Source: Octopus sinensis
Taxonomy: Eukaryota
Reading direction: 5' to 3'
DNA: 64,000 nucleotides
Assembly (NCBI RefSeq): GCF_006345805.1
Contig: NC_043003.1
Location: forward strand, 103,230,001-103,294,000
The notes under the pieces are model-generated. The model was not told where the DNA came from, did no database searches, and saw nothing but the letters and a program-made list of their open reading frames with translations. Positions within the stretch are counted from its first letter, which is position 1, and every line of letters begins with the position of its first letter. This document shows, piece by piece, positions 27,258-39,196 of this stretch. The position numbers were made by a program, and so were the translations under genes.

Positions 27258-27428
27258 ATATGGGTGAGTTTACGTCCCCGTAACCTAGCGGTTCGGCAAA
27301 CGATACCGATAAAATAAGTACTAGGCTTACAAAGAGTAAGTTCTGGGGTCGATTTGTTCGACTAAAGGCAGTGTTCCAGCATGGCTGCCGTTAAATGATT
27401 GAAACAAATAAAAGAATAAAAGAATAAA
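27066..27428 (+). mobile_element. SINE family B (bipartite, internal microsatellite)
   Basis: TGTGGTAAGAAACTTGC head region; right half ACGTCCCCGTAAC...CCAGCATGGC...AAAAGAATA. Confidence 0.8.
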
Positions 27429-27618
27429 TATATATATCATTTAATCTTAGATAATAGGCTGGGATTTCGTGGAAATCTGAGGAGTTATTTTTATCAGCTC
27501 AAGCGGCCATGGAGAAGACTTTGGTCATTGACTCCAAGTAAAATGTCCCTGACCAGGTTTGCAAAGAGACTTACAATGAAAGGATTTCCAACCATAAAAC
27601 CCCGCCGTTTATTAATGC

Positions 27619-27936
27619 CTCAAGGAGTCTCTAACAGCATGTCATGTTACCCACCAATGCTGGTCAGACCTGGCTGCGGACCGTGATGTCTGGCGTCACG
27701 AGATCTTCAATGCAGTCAAGTTTGAGGAACAAAGAAGAGACGCACTTAAAGACAAGAGACGCAGGAGGAGGGCGCGAACCGCTTCTGACACCATACCGGA
27801 TGTTACCTTCGTCTGTGGACACTGCTCACGGACCTGCCTTTCCCATATCGGACTTGTCAGTCATGAGCGTGCATGCACGCGACGTGGACAGCCTTCCTGA
27901 TCTTCGTTCGCGAAGCCGAGCCATGATGATGATGAC
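27619..27936 (+). pseudogene. RTE-clade (BovB-like) LINE 3' end
   Basis: Open frame WSDLAADRDVWR...FVCGHCSRTCLSHIGLVSHERAC* (stop 27898-27900), short 3' UTR, (ATG)n tail. Confidence 0.8.
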
Positions 27937-28841
27937 AATGTCCAATATATTTCCATATCAATCCATCTGAGAATGACTTTGAAACGGTGATATAACCTTC
28001 CTGATTTAAAGTGACCCAAAATAAAACCTCTCATTCAAATGTCAAGTTAATTTATGATCCAAACACCTACTTAATATTGACTAAGTTATTTTCTAAAGTT
28101 TTCATTATTTTAAAATTATTTTAAATAAAGGCAGCATATTTCAACGAAAATTTAGTAATAAAAAAAATTGGGGGGAAGGATCCTTTCGTTACCATATTAG
28201 CTTGCATCACGACTTGCAAATCTTCCCTGAAATCCATCTTACTATCTTTTAACACTCACTAGTTACTGTAATTCGGAATACATTATGCCTAAAAAAATGG
28301 AGAGACGTGGTTGGACTGCTTATAATGATTTTTCTGCTGGGTCAGGTCCGACTTGGGGTTAAAACAACAGCCACAACATTAACACAACTAAAGACACCAA
28401 AAGTCTTCGACAAACATCACCACCAGCATCACAACCAGACTTACTACACTGTAGTAACCTATTGATGTACGTGTAGTAGTTTTTTAAACATTCATTTCCG
28501 CCTAAAGATGGCAATTTACGGCCAATTAAAGCCTAGCTTTGATGTGCTCTTGCGCCGGCGCATTAGAACTGGCTGTAATAACGGTTGGCCAATAGCAGTC
28601 AGTCAGGCGTACAACCAATCAAATTGAATGAGGGTTTCTTTCTATAGGGGGTTGATCATCAAACGAAAAACATCTTTAGTGTTGTGTGTAGTAAGTGGTA
28701 GTAGGGGTGATGGTGATGGTGGTAGCGGCAGTGAGATGATTGCATGTGTTAGTGGTGGTGGTGGTGGTGGTGTGGTTATAGTAGATGATGGTGGAGATGG
28801 TGGTGGTAGCCGTAGTGGTAGCGATGGTGACGGCCAATGGT

Positions 28842-29072
28842 GGTGGCGAGCTGGCAGAAAGGTTAGCACGCCGGGCGAAATGCGTAACCGTATTTCGTCT
28901 GCCGTTACGTTCTGAGTTCAAATTCCGCCGAGGTCGACTTTGCCTTTCATCCTTTCGGAGTCGATAAATTAATAACCAGTTACGCACTGGGGTCGTTGTA
29001 ATCGACTTAATCCGTTTGTCTGTCCTTGTTTGTCCCCTCTGTGTTTAGCCCCTTGTGGGTAGTAAAGAAATA
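28842..29072 (+). mobile_element. SINE family A inserted in a GGT-rich degenerate repeat (28690-29190)
   Basis: Full-length match to other family A copies. Confidence 0.88.
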
Positions 29073-29450
29073 GCTATATGGTGGTGGTGGTGGTGATAAC
29101 CGTAGTAGTAGCGACGGTGACGGTATATGGTGGGGTGATGGTGGTGGTAATGGTGTATTGTGATGTTGGTGGTGATAGTGTGGGTGATTGTGTTTAGCCC
29201 CAGGTCAACCACTTTTGAGCAGATATATGATAAAACAGTGTTTAGACCAAAATGCTCCTGTTATCTTTTGCAGACTAAAAGTCGATCTGGAATACATTGT
29301 CAAATATCCGCTCCCGGCATTTTGTCTTTATTGCAAAGTATGATTTGAGGGAGATTTGTCTATTATTACTAGCAAATCGATCGACTGTGTTGTAACTTCT
29401 TCGTTAACTCATCCATTACAATGTGACTGGTACCGTGCGTGTGTGTATGT

Positions 29451-29486
<36 letters not shown>

Positions 29487-29493
29487 GAGAGAG

Positions 29494-29543
<50 letters not shown>

Positions 29544-29926
29544 TGGCTATGATAGGGTGTTTAAGAGTGTCTTGTAGTATGTATGTGATGCATGTAGTGC
29601 GTATGTGTTTAGAGAGTGTGGTAACGATTGATGGTTTAATTGAAATTAAAATGGGAATTAGGACAAAGGAAGGATGAAAGGAAGAATATTAAAAAAACGT
29701 AAAGAAACAAGTAAAATTGTTTTTAAAAAATGAGAAAAGAAAAGGAAAGAATAAAAGAAACAAAGAGAAAAACGAACGAATCAAACACAAAAAAAGAAAG
29801 AGAAAGAAGGAAGAAAAGAAAGAAAGAATGAATAAATTAATGAAAATTAGAAGAATCTCTCAACACGCAGGAGTGATCCTATAGGATACACACACACAAA
29901 CATATATATATTTATAATGTATGTAT

Positions 29927-30318
29927 AGGCGCAGGAGTGGCTGTGTGGTAAGTAGCTTGCTAACCAACCACATGGTTCCGGGTTCAGTCCCACTGCGTGG
30001 CATCTTGGGCAAGTGTCCTCTACTATAGCCCCGGGCCGACCAATGCCTTGTGAAACTGAAAGAAGCCTGTTGTATATATGTATGTATATATGTATGTGTG
30101 TGTATGTGTTTGTGTGTCTGTGTTTGTCCCCCTAGCATTACTTGACAACCGATGCTGGTGTGTTTACGTCCCCGTAACTTAGCGGTTCGGCAAAAGAGAC
30201 CGATAGAATAAGTACTGGGCTTACAAAGAATAAGTCCCGGGGTCGATTTGCTCGACTAAAGGCGGTGCTCCAGCATGGCCGCAGTCAAATGACTGAAACA
30301 AGTAAAAGAGTAAAAGAG
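29927..30318 (+). mobile_element. SINE family B, full length
   Basis: Head AGGCGCAGGAGTGGCTGTGTGGTAAG, B box GGTTCAGTCCC, internal (TATG/TG) tract, tail CCAGCATGGCCGCAGTC...(AAAAGAGT)n. Confidence 0.88.
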
Positions 30319-30352
<34 letters not shown>

Positions 30353-30406
30353 AGTGTGTGTATGTGTGTGTGTGTGTGTGTGGTGTGTGTGTGTGTGTGT
30401 GTGTGT

Positions 30407-32453
30407 ATAAGCCAAAATAAGTTTATGACCGGTGATGACAGTTCTATTCCTTCATAAATATATTTTTAACAAAACTGTATAAAATTATTTTACGTTTTAC
30501 AGTTTATGTAGAATTTTTTTTCTCTTTCCAATGATATAGACATTATATATCTTTCTACAATTCGAATAATTTTAACGCGCAATTAATTCAAATGATTAGA
30601 AATTGTCGGCAAAATACGTTTAATTCCGCACCAAGATTGTGCAAATTAATAAACGAAATGGGTGGTCATATGGCTGGTCGTACTTCAGTTTTGTTTAATA
30701 CTCAAACATTGTTACACATTAAATCTCTATGGGAAAGCGTCGTAGTATCAGCCCAGTTACTAGATGAAAGATCGTGTTGTTTCGTCACCAAAATGTGTCC
30801 TTCGTGAATGTTAGCAAGCAATCAGGATGCAGCAAAATGGCTTGTGTTCAAGCATGGAAGCTTTATCAAGCCACTGGCCAATCCAAAGATCGGCTAAGGA
30901 CGGGCGCTCCAAGAAAAACAACAGTACAAATGGATCGGCGAATTCATAGGCTCTCTGAAGGTAACCAAATACTAATAGCAGTGGACATTTGCAAGCAATT
31001 ATCTAATGAAACTGACATCAGATTTGTACCACAAACTGTCAGAAAGCACCTAAAAGAATTTGGACTGTTCGGCCAGATCGCTCGAAAGAACCCGAAAATT
31101 TTTGAGATGAACCGGCGGAAGCGGATCAAGTTTGCTAAAAGCCATTTTGAATGGACGGCCGAATACTGGTCAAAAGTTCTTTGGAGTGACGAATCCTGCT
31201 TCTGCATCATTGGATCAGAAGGAAAGACTTATGTGAGACGCCGTCCAACTGAAGAATTCCATCTTAAGTGTGTCAAGAAAACGGCGCAAGCGGGAGTGGG
31301 GTAATGGTGTGGGCAATGGTGTCAAGGTTGATGGCAGACTGAACAATGTAAGCCATCTGCAATTAGTAAATGAAAATGTGCTGCCATATTTAAATAATCA
31401 GATGCCATCGGAGGAATGGAAGGAAGGAATTACAGCCGTGTTTCGTGGTCTGCTACCACAACAGCTCCTTTATAGGATCCAGTTAGCTCAAGACATCATC
31501 AGGAGGAACCACGTCCGGTTTCGGACCCTACTCCTCTACCGTTTTGACGTGGCGGGGTCCCTCCCTTTCGGAGGTGTCTTCAGCTCTGGTGTTGTGTACA
31601 TATCTTCTTTCTTCTGTTCCCTGACCTCTTCGATGTATCGTCAGCCGGTGACTGACTGACTTGCCAAATTTTTCCCTTTAAATACCTGCCGCTAGGCTCC
31701 AGCAGGCAGCCCCCAGCAAGTTGTCACGTGACACTGTCTCACCTTAACTGATTAGTGAGGCGCGTAGTCTTAGCCCGCGCATTCTCTAAACGACCGTCAC
31801 CTTGTCAGTCAGCGAGGCTGATTCAGTGTCAGCTTGTCTCACCTAGTGATGTTATTTCCCGCTCCAGCAGGAGAATTGCCCCATTCATAAAGCGAGGAAA
31901 ATTTTCCAATATTTTGAGCGTAATTAATATGGTGGTTATTAAGTGGCCTCCGCAGAACCCGGATTTGAATCCGATGGAAAATTTATGGAATTATGTTTCT
32001 AAAGGTGTTTATGCTAAAAAAAACAATAAATTTGTCCCAATTATATAATTTTATTGAAGAAATATGGCAGATCATTCCAAGCGATTTTTGTGCTCATTTG
32101 TTGAACTCCATGTCTCGTCATTGTAAGGTTGTAATTGAAAATAATGGCTATGGAACTAGATACTGATAATAAATTTTTGTTCATTGATCATTTCTACCGT
32201 AAATTTTCAATTTATGCAAAATAATGTTGGTACGGTCTCAAACTTGTTTTGCCGACAATTCTTAATTATTTGAATTAATTGCGCATTAAAATTATTCAAA
32301 TTGTAGAAAGATATATAACGCCTATATCAATCGAAAGTGAAAATAAATCTACATAAACTGTAAAAAGTAAAATAATTTATACAGTTTTGTTAAAAATATA
32401 TTAATGAAGAAATAGAACTATCATTATCGGTCTTAAACTTATTTTGGCCAGTG
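30407..32453 (+). mobile_element. Tc1 transposon with ~225-bp TIRs; transposase pseudogene (ATG 30729 to stop ~32166)
   Basis: TIR GCCAAAATAAGTTTA(T/A)GACCG at both ends, right end ...GGCCAGTG|TA; KVLWSDES, QQENCPIH, WPPQNPDLNPMENLW; stops, frameshifts and an internal insertion. Confidence 0.92.
31414..31847 (-). mobile_element. Unclassified ~434-bp insertion in the Tc1 transposase, with a degenerate hammerhead-like motif
   Basis: Transposase reads ..NNQMPSE | DVI..QQENCPIH across the insert; no TIR, TG..CA or TSD seen; strand inferred from the motif only. Confidence 0.6.
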
Positions 32454-32469
32454 TATATATAAGAATTTT

Positions 32470-34080
32470 TTGCGTAATAAGATAAAAAAACCCAAGGCTG
32501 TATAGATATTAGAGCATTTATAGATAGAAGGTCTTACAGCTGTTTCCAGGATATTTATTAATTATATCCCTTCGTCGGAGACGGTGTGAGAGGATGGTTA
32601 AGTCATAGTCAGTTTAGATGTGATACAAAATAGAGAGCGAGGTGGAGGAAAGAAAATAGATGTAAGATATGTATGGGTATTGAAGTTGTAAATCCGTTTT
32701 ATAGGCATAATGGTATATATGCAATATTCCAATATCCTATGAGTAAAGTCCAAAATTCCAACATAGTTTAATATGAGTCCTTCCAAATATAGAGTTTATA
32801 AGCAATGTAAGATTCCCTTATGAGTGAGATCCTGCAGATTTTAAACTTGGTCATTCCCAGTAGAGAATTTATATAGTGTTGCAGAGTCAAAGGTTTGTAT
32901 TTAAAATGACCTGGAAATAGGGAGTGTATTAGTATGGTTAAATTGAAAACAGGAAGAGAGGAATGAAAGAAAAAGAAAACAAAAGGAAGAGAAAAAGAGG
33001 AGAGAAAGAAAGAGAAAGGAGAGAGATTAGTAAAAATAACAAAATAATAAATAAGAAGAAATAAAGAATAAAAAACCTGAAAATAGGAATAAAGGGAATC
33101 AAGAAAAAAGAAAAATTAAGATATAGATGAGTCAGTGGTCAGCGGAGATAATTTGAAAGTAGGAGTGGAGATAGAGAGAGAGAAAGGTATTATAGTGTAA
33201 AAGATAGAGGAATGGGAGGGTTAAGAGAAAGGAATGACCAATGTGTAGTAGTAGAGTCTAACTGTGGGGCAAAGATATGAAGAATTCAGGAAATAGCAGT
33301 TCAGTGCTTAGTAATCTGAGAAAATATATGTGAAGATGTATATACATGTATATATCAGTTAAGTTACATATACAATCCTTATTCGCATGCGTATGCACTC
33401 ATACACACTCACTTATACACTCATCTGCATGTATCATCGCCCCTGCATATGCAGGTATATATACCTTGCATGTGTACGTATGTTTACATATACCCACATG
33501 CATGTACGCATACCCTCACTCGTACATATATACGCGCGCATGGGTGTGTGCACATACATAGGAATATAATCAGATGGTTGTATATGTGAGAAACTAGATA
33601 GGGATAATGAGTAAATTTATAGGTTATTGGGACTACCTAAGAATTATTGCGGAAATGTACTGTACAGTCATTTTGGCATATGGATTTGTGGTAGAAGTTA
33701 AATGTGTGATAAAAGCGGTGGTTGCATGTGCTTAGTGCATCGTTATGTTTATTAAGCAGTGTTCGAGAGTTGTGCTTTAATATTTGTAGTGCCTCCTTCA
33801 GGCAAAGCTTGCAGATTGAGCGTTGACCTCGGTAGGGAAGTCCTGAGTCTACTATGGATCATGATAGAGTATAGGTAGTGTGCATTTTTGAGATGATGTA
33901 TGTGGTTGGCGAGTGTTTTAGATTTACTATGTATATCGTATCTGAAAGAGTGGAGATGAGTGGCATATTGTTGTTTAAAGCATTTTGTTGATCCTATGTA
34001 TATGGCTGTAGAGGTCCTATGTATATGGCTGTAATTGGTTAAGGACCGTGCATTTGTAGATTACATTATATCTTCTGCAG
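32470..34080 (-). mobile_element. Penelope-like element 3' part: GIY-YIG endonuclease relic (~33690-34075) plus 3' UTR/pLTR
   Basis: YKC..AIYIGSTKCFKQQYATHLHSFR..ICKLCLKEALQIL..LLNKHNDALSTCNHR; hammerhead motif downstream on the same strand; continuity of the UTR is assumed. Confidence 0.72.
32531..32582 (-). ncRNA. Minimal type I hammerhead ribozyme candidate (U4C core)
   Basis: GTCT-CCGACGA-AGGGATAT(9 nt)ATATCCTG-GAAA-C-AGCT-G-TA^-AGAC; helix I GTCT/AGAC, 7-bp helix II, palindromic helix III. Confidence 0.7.
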
Positions 34081-34329
34081 TGGGTTTATACATATAACAC
34101 TGATAATGTATTTTGTCTGTCTGTACGTGTGCATCACTAAAACTCGAGAACAAGCCAACCAATTTCATTTAAATTTTACACATGCCTTACTTAGGGTCCG
34201 TACAGTGTCAAGGGCCAAAAAAATGTTCAACTTCTAGTCTAATGCGAGCCCGGAGCAATGTCTTATCTCTTTCACTATTTCAGTATTACATGTCAAAAGG
34301 GAAACGGTAACATCTCTATTGTAATGTGA

Positions 34330-34614
34330 GGTTATACTCTCAGTTTTAATACTTTCACTATTAAGACTTTCATTATGTATACATATATTAGTTTCATTTC
34401 TATTAGTTTCACTATGTATTTATATACGTTTGTATATATATATACACAAATATACATATATACATATATATATGTATGTGCATATATGTTTATATCTTTG
34501 TTCATATATATATATGTATGTATATGTGTATATATGTATGTATATTGTATCTCTATATGTATATATATGCACATATATATATTTATGCATGTATATTATG
34601 TATACTTTATATGT

Positions 34615-34693
<79 letters not shown>

Positions 34694-34785
34694 AGTATAT
34701 TAAAGGAGTACAGGTTCAAATTTCAGAATCAAATTTCAGATTATCCATTAGATGAGTACTCTATATATAAAGTATATATATATAG

Positions 34786-34816
<31 letters not shown>

Positions 34817-34872
34817 ATATATATTATATATAATATATATATATATGTATATATTATATATATATATATAAA

Positions 34873-34926
<54 letters not shown>

Positions 34927-35140
34927 TATATATATATATATATATCATATATATATATATATATATAATATATTATATATATATATATATATGCCAATAT
35001 ATTTATGTATGTACATATATATATGTATATTTTATGTATATATAAGTATATATGTATATATATGCATATATATAATATATATATATATATATATACATAT
35101 ATATACATATATATATATACATATATATACATATATGATG
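34330..35140. repeat. (TA)n-rich microsatellite region
   Basis: Direct reading. Confidence 0.9.
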
Positions 35141-35427
35141 AAGACTAATCAAATTTACGTTGTCAAACGTATTTGAAGTCAGGAACCAGTCCTGCATTAT
35201 TCGTTTCTAGGTTGTCCATTTATCAGATTTTTATCCTAGAGGTAAGGCAAATTTTTTTCATGTTTGTTGCACACACGCGTCTTTGCTAGTATATACGCAG
35301 CGAAGCTAATAATAGCGTCGTATTTATTACGATTGCTAATTTCAGTAAAATTGGTGCCTTGTACCATTTATCTACTTTTATATTATATATGCATATATAT
35401 ATATATATGTATAATATATATATATAG

Positions 35428-35477
<50 letters not shown>

Positions 35478-35536
35478 GATGTATGTATGTATGTATGTAT
35501 GTATGTATGTATGTATATATATATATATATACATAT

Positions 35537-35915
35537 AGGCACGGGCGTGGCTGTGTGCTAAGAAACTTGCTTCCCAACAACATGGTTTCAGGTTCAGTCA
35601 CACTGCGCGACACCTTCTACTACACCCTTCGGCCGACCAAATCCATGTCAGTAGACTTGGTTGACAGAAGCTGAAAGGTTCTGTCCTCTGTGTGTGTGTG
35701 TGTGTGTGCGTGTGTATGTGTGTGTCTGACTGTCTGTCTGTCTGTCTGTCTGTGTCTGTGTGTATGTATTTGAGTCTATGTTTGTTCCCCCAACGTCTCT
35801 TAGAAACGAATGTTGGTGTGTTTACGTCCCCGTAACGTAGCGGTTCAGCAGAAGATATCGATAGAATAAGCACCAGCCTTACAAAGAATAAGTCCAGAAG
35901 TCCAGGGGTCGATTT
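35537..35915 (+). mobile_element. SINE family B, 3'-truncated at GGGGTCGAT
   Basis: Head and right half match the 29927 copy. Confidence 0.8.
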
Positions 35916-35962
35916 CCTGGGCAAGGTCAGATATCTCTGCTAGTATATATATATATATATTA

Positions 35963-36016
<54 letters not shown>

Positions 36017-36084
36017 TATACTAGCATTTGAGAAATCTATTTTAGTGGAGGTTTACGCTGATGCAAGACATGGAGTTTATATTC

Positions 36085-36620
36085 CTAATCTAGAAACGCG
36101 TTCGTAAATAACCATTAGACTTTGCTTTCGTTATTTCTTCTTCTGTTTTGCATATGTGAATTACGGGGATATGTCGTATGTGGAGTCTCATTTGTAGATT
36201 TGCTTCTTTTTTTACATGGCGGTGGCTTTTCCAAGTATATCTTTTCCTTGCCGTTAGATCAAACATAGTGTTTGCAATACACATCTTGTGCTCTTCGTAA
36301 AAATGCATGAACTCTCATTTCTTTTGTCCAGTTCATAATTTCCTATTATAAAGGTGTGTCTTCCTGAGGCTACTTTAACATTGAAATCTTCCATAAATCA
36401 ATAACATGTTAGTTGGTTTGATTTCTTTTTCTGCAGAGTTGATTGTTTTGACAAAACTCTTCCATTTATTCGTCAGAGCATAGAGTAGTGAATGCATAAA
36501 CTTGTAAAGTGACTATATCGAAAGACTTTGCTCTTATATTTAATATTATGACTCTTTGATTAATAGGCCAGTATCTAAGTACAAAATTTCTCATCATTTT
36601 CAATATCGAAAGTCTTGTTC
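36085..36620 (-). pseudogene. AP endonuclease relic of a non-LTR (RTE-like) element
   Basis: QVYAFT, MEDFNVKV, IANTMFDLTARKRYTWKS motifs. Confidence 0.7.
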
Positions 36621-37942
36621 CATGCTCATATTTTTCACCTCCTGCGTGGAATCATCATTAGCATTTCTCTGCGATAATACGTGGTGGTGGAGCCTCAATC
36701 CTTTCACGGTGACTGAAAGAAGTCGCCTTGTGTCTTGATGCGCCCTGTTTTATGGTGTGTCCCATGCCACACGATCGGATCTTTAGGAAATTTTCTTCCT
36801 TATGATGAGGGACTAAGACCCAAAACGTCGAGACAGTCCCTTTCTCCTTCTGAAGAGTTAAACTAATACCGTAATTTTTTAACATTAGTCTTCGTTTGTT
36901 GTTCTTTTTAATGTTTATTATCCTCAAACTACCACACACACACACACACACAACACACATGTCCATGATAGGTACATACATATACATACATATATGTACA
37001 TTATATATATATATATACATGTACATGCATATTCATTCGAACCTCAACGTAGACATACATGCACAAGTACACATATACACATACCGTTAGGTTAGGCTGA
37101 AATGGTTGTTTTCCGTTGTTGAATCTCATCTATATTTTATAAAGTTAGAATACCTTTTGTCCTTTTGTCACCGGACTGATCTAGGGACAAACAACATACC
37201 AAATACTGTGAAACCTCCAGAATCTGGAAAGTGGTATAATCACCACCGTCTCCACGTCAAACAGAAGCTCAATATTCTCACACTTTATAAAATAGCAGAG
37301 TGTAATTGGACGAAATTTGACTGCTATCTTTAGCAAGTCCAATGACCATGTAAAAGTCCCTATGTTTGTGCTGTGAATGTTGTTGATGATGGTGTATCGT
37401 GTTTGAATTTGTCCCTAAATTTCATCAGGTTGATTATTTATGTTGCATAATTATGGTCGTATTTTTATGTTGCCTTCGAGGATGTTTGCTATAGCTACTT
37501 CTGCTGCTGCTGTTGCTACTACTGTTATTGATGATATTTGCAGTCTCTCTTAAAATATCGTTTCTTCTAATTCAATTAATTTGTTGTTGCTGCTGTTCTT
37601 GTTAGTGGTGTTAATGTTCTGTTTGTGTGCATTTTTCGTGTCGAACGACATTTTTCTTCAGTGGGTGATTGTTTAATCAGCACTTTGCGGGATTACCGGC
37701 AACTTGTGTTTCAACAATGTCGTTTTGCCTTGACTCTCAACATAACAATTGTCAGCACCTGAATAATACTTGCAAAATGTCAGCTTCATTTGCTAGACTT
37801 AAAATCCAGAATTGCTGAGAATTGCTTTCTTCTGTTGACCTCAAAAGTTTTAGGAATAATTTCTCAGAAAAAATATTCCAACTTGATTTGACCAAAGGTT
37901 CACAAATGTAACTATCTCGTTGCGCTTCGAAGGACACGGTCA

Positions 37943-38040
37943 GACCAATGCCTGACTACAAACAACTATAAAAGTAAAATAATGAAAACAGACCCTAACA
38001 CCAAATGCAGAATGTGCAGCCAGCACAATGGACAGTCGAC
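37943..38040 (+). pseudogene. Short R4/Dong-like LINE fragment (zinc knuckle region)
   Basis: DQCLTTNNYKSKIMKTDPNTKCRMC, homologous to DQCLPTINYQ..CRVC of the 42963 copy. Confidence 0.7.
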
Positions 38041-38165
38041 CAAGAATAAGAATTATTAATATGTGCGTGCGTATATGTCTACGTAAATCTAAATTTAGCT
38101 ATCTGTGAATGAGTATATATTTAGTGTGAATGAGTATTATATATATATATATGTATATATATATA

Positions 38166-38198
<33 letters not shown>

Positions 38199-38325
38199 TA
38201 ATAAAAGGAGTTCCAACCTTGTCTGATTTTCACGTTTTATTTACAATCTTATAATGATATAAGATAATATAAGATAATATAATAAAATAAAATAAAATAA
38301 TAGAATGTTAAATGTTCATTCTGAT

Positions 38326-38370
38326 TGAACTAGTACTTTCATGCATTAAATTCTGCAATCTTCAGGTTCA
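38326..38370 (-). ncRNA. Minimal type I hammerhead ribozyme candidate (left arm)
   Basis: Reverse complement identical to 38440-38484. Confidence 0.75.
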
Positions 38371-38439
38371 TGTAGGAGTGGTGACAGTCATGCCTCACAA
38401 TTTTGTCACCACTCCTACATGACTGTCACCACTCCTACA

Positions 38440-38484
38440 TGAACCTGAAGATTGCAGAATTTAATGCATGAAAGTACTAGTTCA
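38440..38484 (+). ncRNA. Minimal type I hammerhead ribozyme candidate (right arm)
   Basis: TGAAC-CTGAAGA-TTGCA(GAATTTAA)TGCAT-GAAA-GTAC-TA^-GTTCA; intact core, 5-bp helix I, palindromic AGTACT helix III. Confidence 0.75.
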
Positions 38485-38632
38485 ATCAGAATGAACATTT
38501 AACATTCTATTATTTTATTTTATTTTATTATATTATATATCTTATATTATATCATTATAAGATTGTAAATAAAACGTGAAAATCAGACAAGGTTGGAACT
38601 CCTTTTATTAAATTATATATATATTATATATA

Positions 38633-38665
<33 letters not shown>

Positions 38666-38763
38666 CATACATATATACATATGTATTAATAGTAATGGTA
38701 AAACAACAAAAGAATGAATAGGGCCTCGATATTATGTAAATAGAGGAATTTATCTGCATTTTA

Positions 38764-38922
38764 TATGTGAAAATTATTCGGTTGCCAAAATAAGACTCCG
38801 AGTTTCGGATGTCGAGGCGGAAACCATCTCCGGCATCTCGTCAGTTATCGAGGCAATCAAAGAATCCGCCCCGCCATCCGAAACTCGAAGTCTTATTATG
38901 GCAACCGAATAATCGTCACATA
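38764..38922. repeat. Foldback, arms ~48 bp, ~63-bp spacer
   Basis: ATTATTCGGTTGCCAAAATAAGACTCCGAGTTTCGGATG / CATCCGAAACTCGAAGTCTTATTATGGCAACCGAATAAT. Confidence 0.85.
38789..38849 (-). ncRNA. Type I hammerhead ribozyme candidate (GUC site)
   Basis: GATAA-CTGACGA-GATG..CATC-C-GAAA-CTCGGAG-TC^-TTATT; intact core, one extra C in helix II. Confidence 0.62.
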
Positions 38923-38928
38923 TTATAT

Positions 38929-38967
<39 letters not shown>

Positions 38968-39020
38968 AATTCCTTATCCGTATCTTTCAATACAACGCTT
39001 CTAAAGAAGAATTTGTCGTT

Positions 39021-39095
39021 GGGGCAATTTCGCTTAATGGTAAAGCACTTGACGGGTTATCACAGGAATGTGAGTTCGAGTCTCATGGCTGGCCG
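39021..39095 (+). other. Degenerate tRNA-like sequence (SINE head or tRNA pseudogene)
   Basis: D-arm-like GCTTAATGGTAAAGC and T-arm GTGAG-TTCGAGT-CTCAT; acceptor and anticodon stems poor. Confidence 0.35.
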
Positions 39096-39196
39096 CCGGC
39101 AGATATGCAAAATATGCATAGTTTATCCTGTTCATGCTATAATATTAACATTATCCTGCGTTTAAAAACAAAATTATTTTGAAAGTTGCGGCGAAA

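Larger units (their letters stand above)
38198..38611. repeat. Near-perfect foldback palindrome, arms ~195 bp, 25-bp spacer, flanked by (TA)n
   Basis: 38198-38392 is the reverse complement of 38418-38611, differing only in an AT microsatellite. Confidence 0.95.

Noticed and set aside
31270-31659. 129-aa ORF as a novel protein
   Set aside because: Chimera of Tc1 transposase sequence and the unrelated insertion
25260-34080. PLE RT relic and PLE endonuclease relic as one element
   Set aside because: On the minus strand the EN lies upstream of the RT, with ~5.8 kb of other repeats between; only a partial-tandem arrangement could explain this and there is no direct evidence for it
36802-36835. 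Hammerhead-like ATGATGA-GGG/CCC-AAAA-CGTC
   Set aside because: Two core substitutions (C3, G12) and weak helix I; at best a dead relic
37395-37432. Minus-strand CTGATGA-AATTT/AAATT-CAAA
   Set aside because: G12 replaced by C and no helix I
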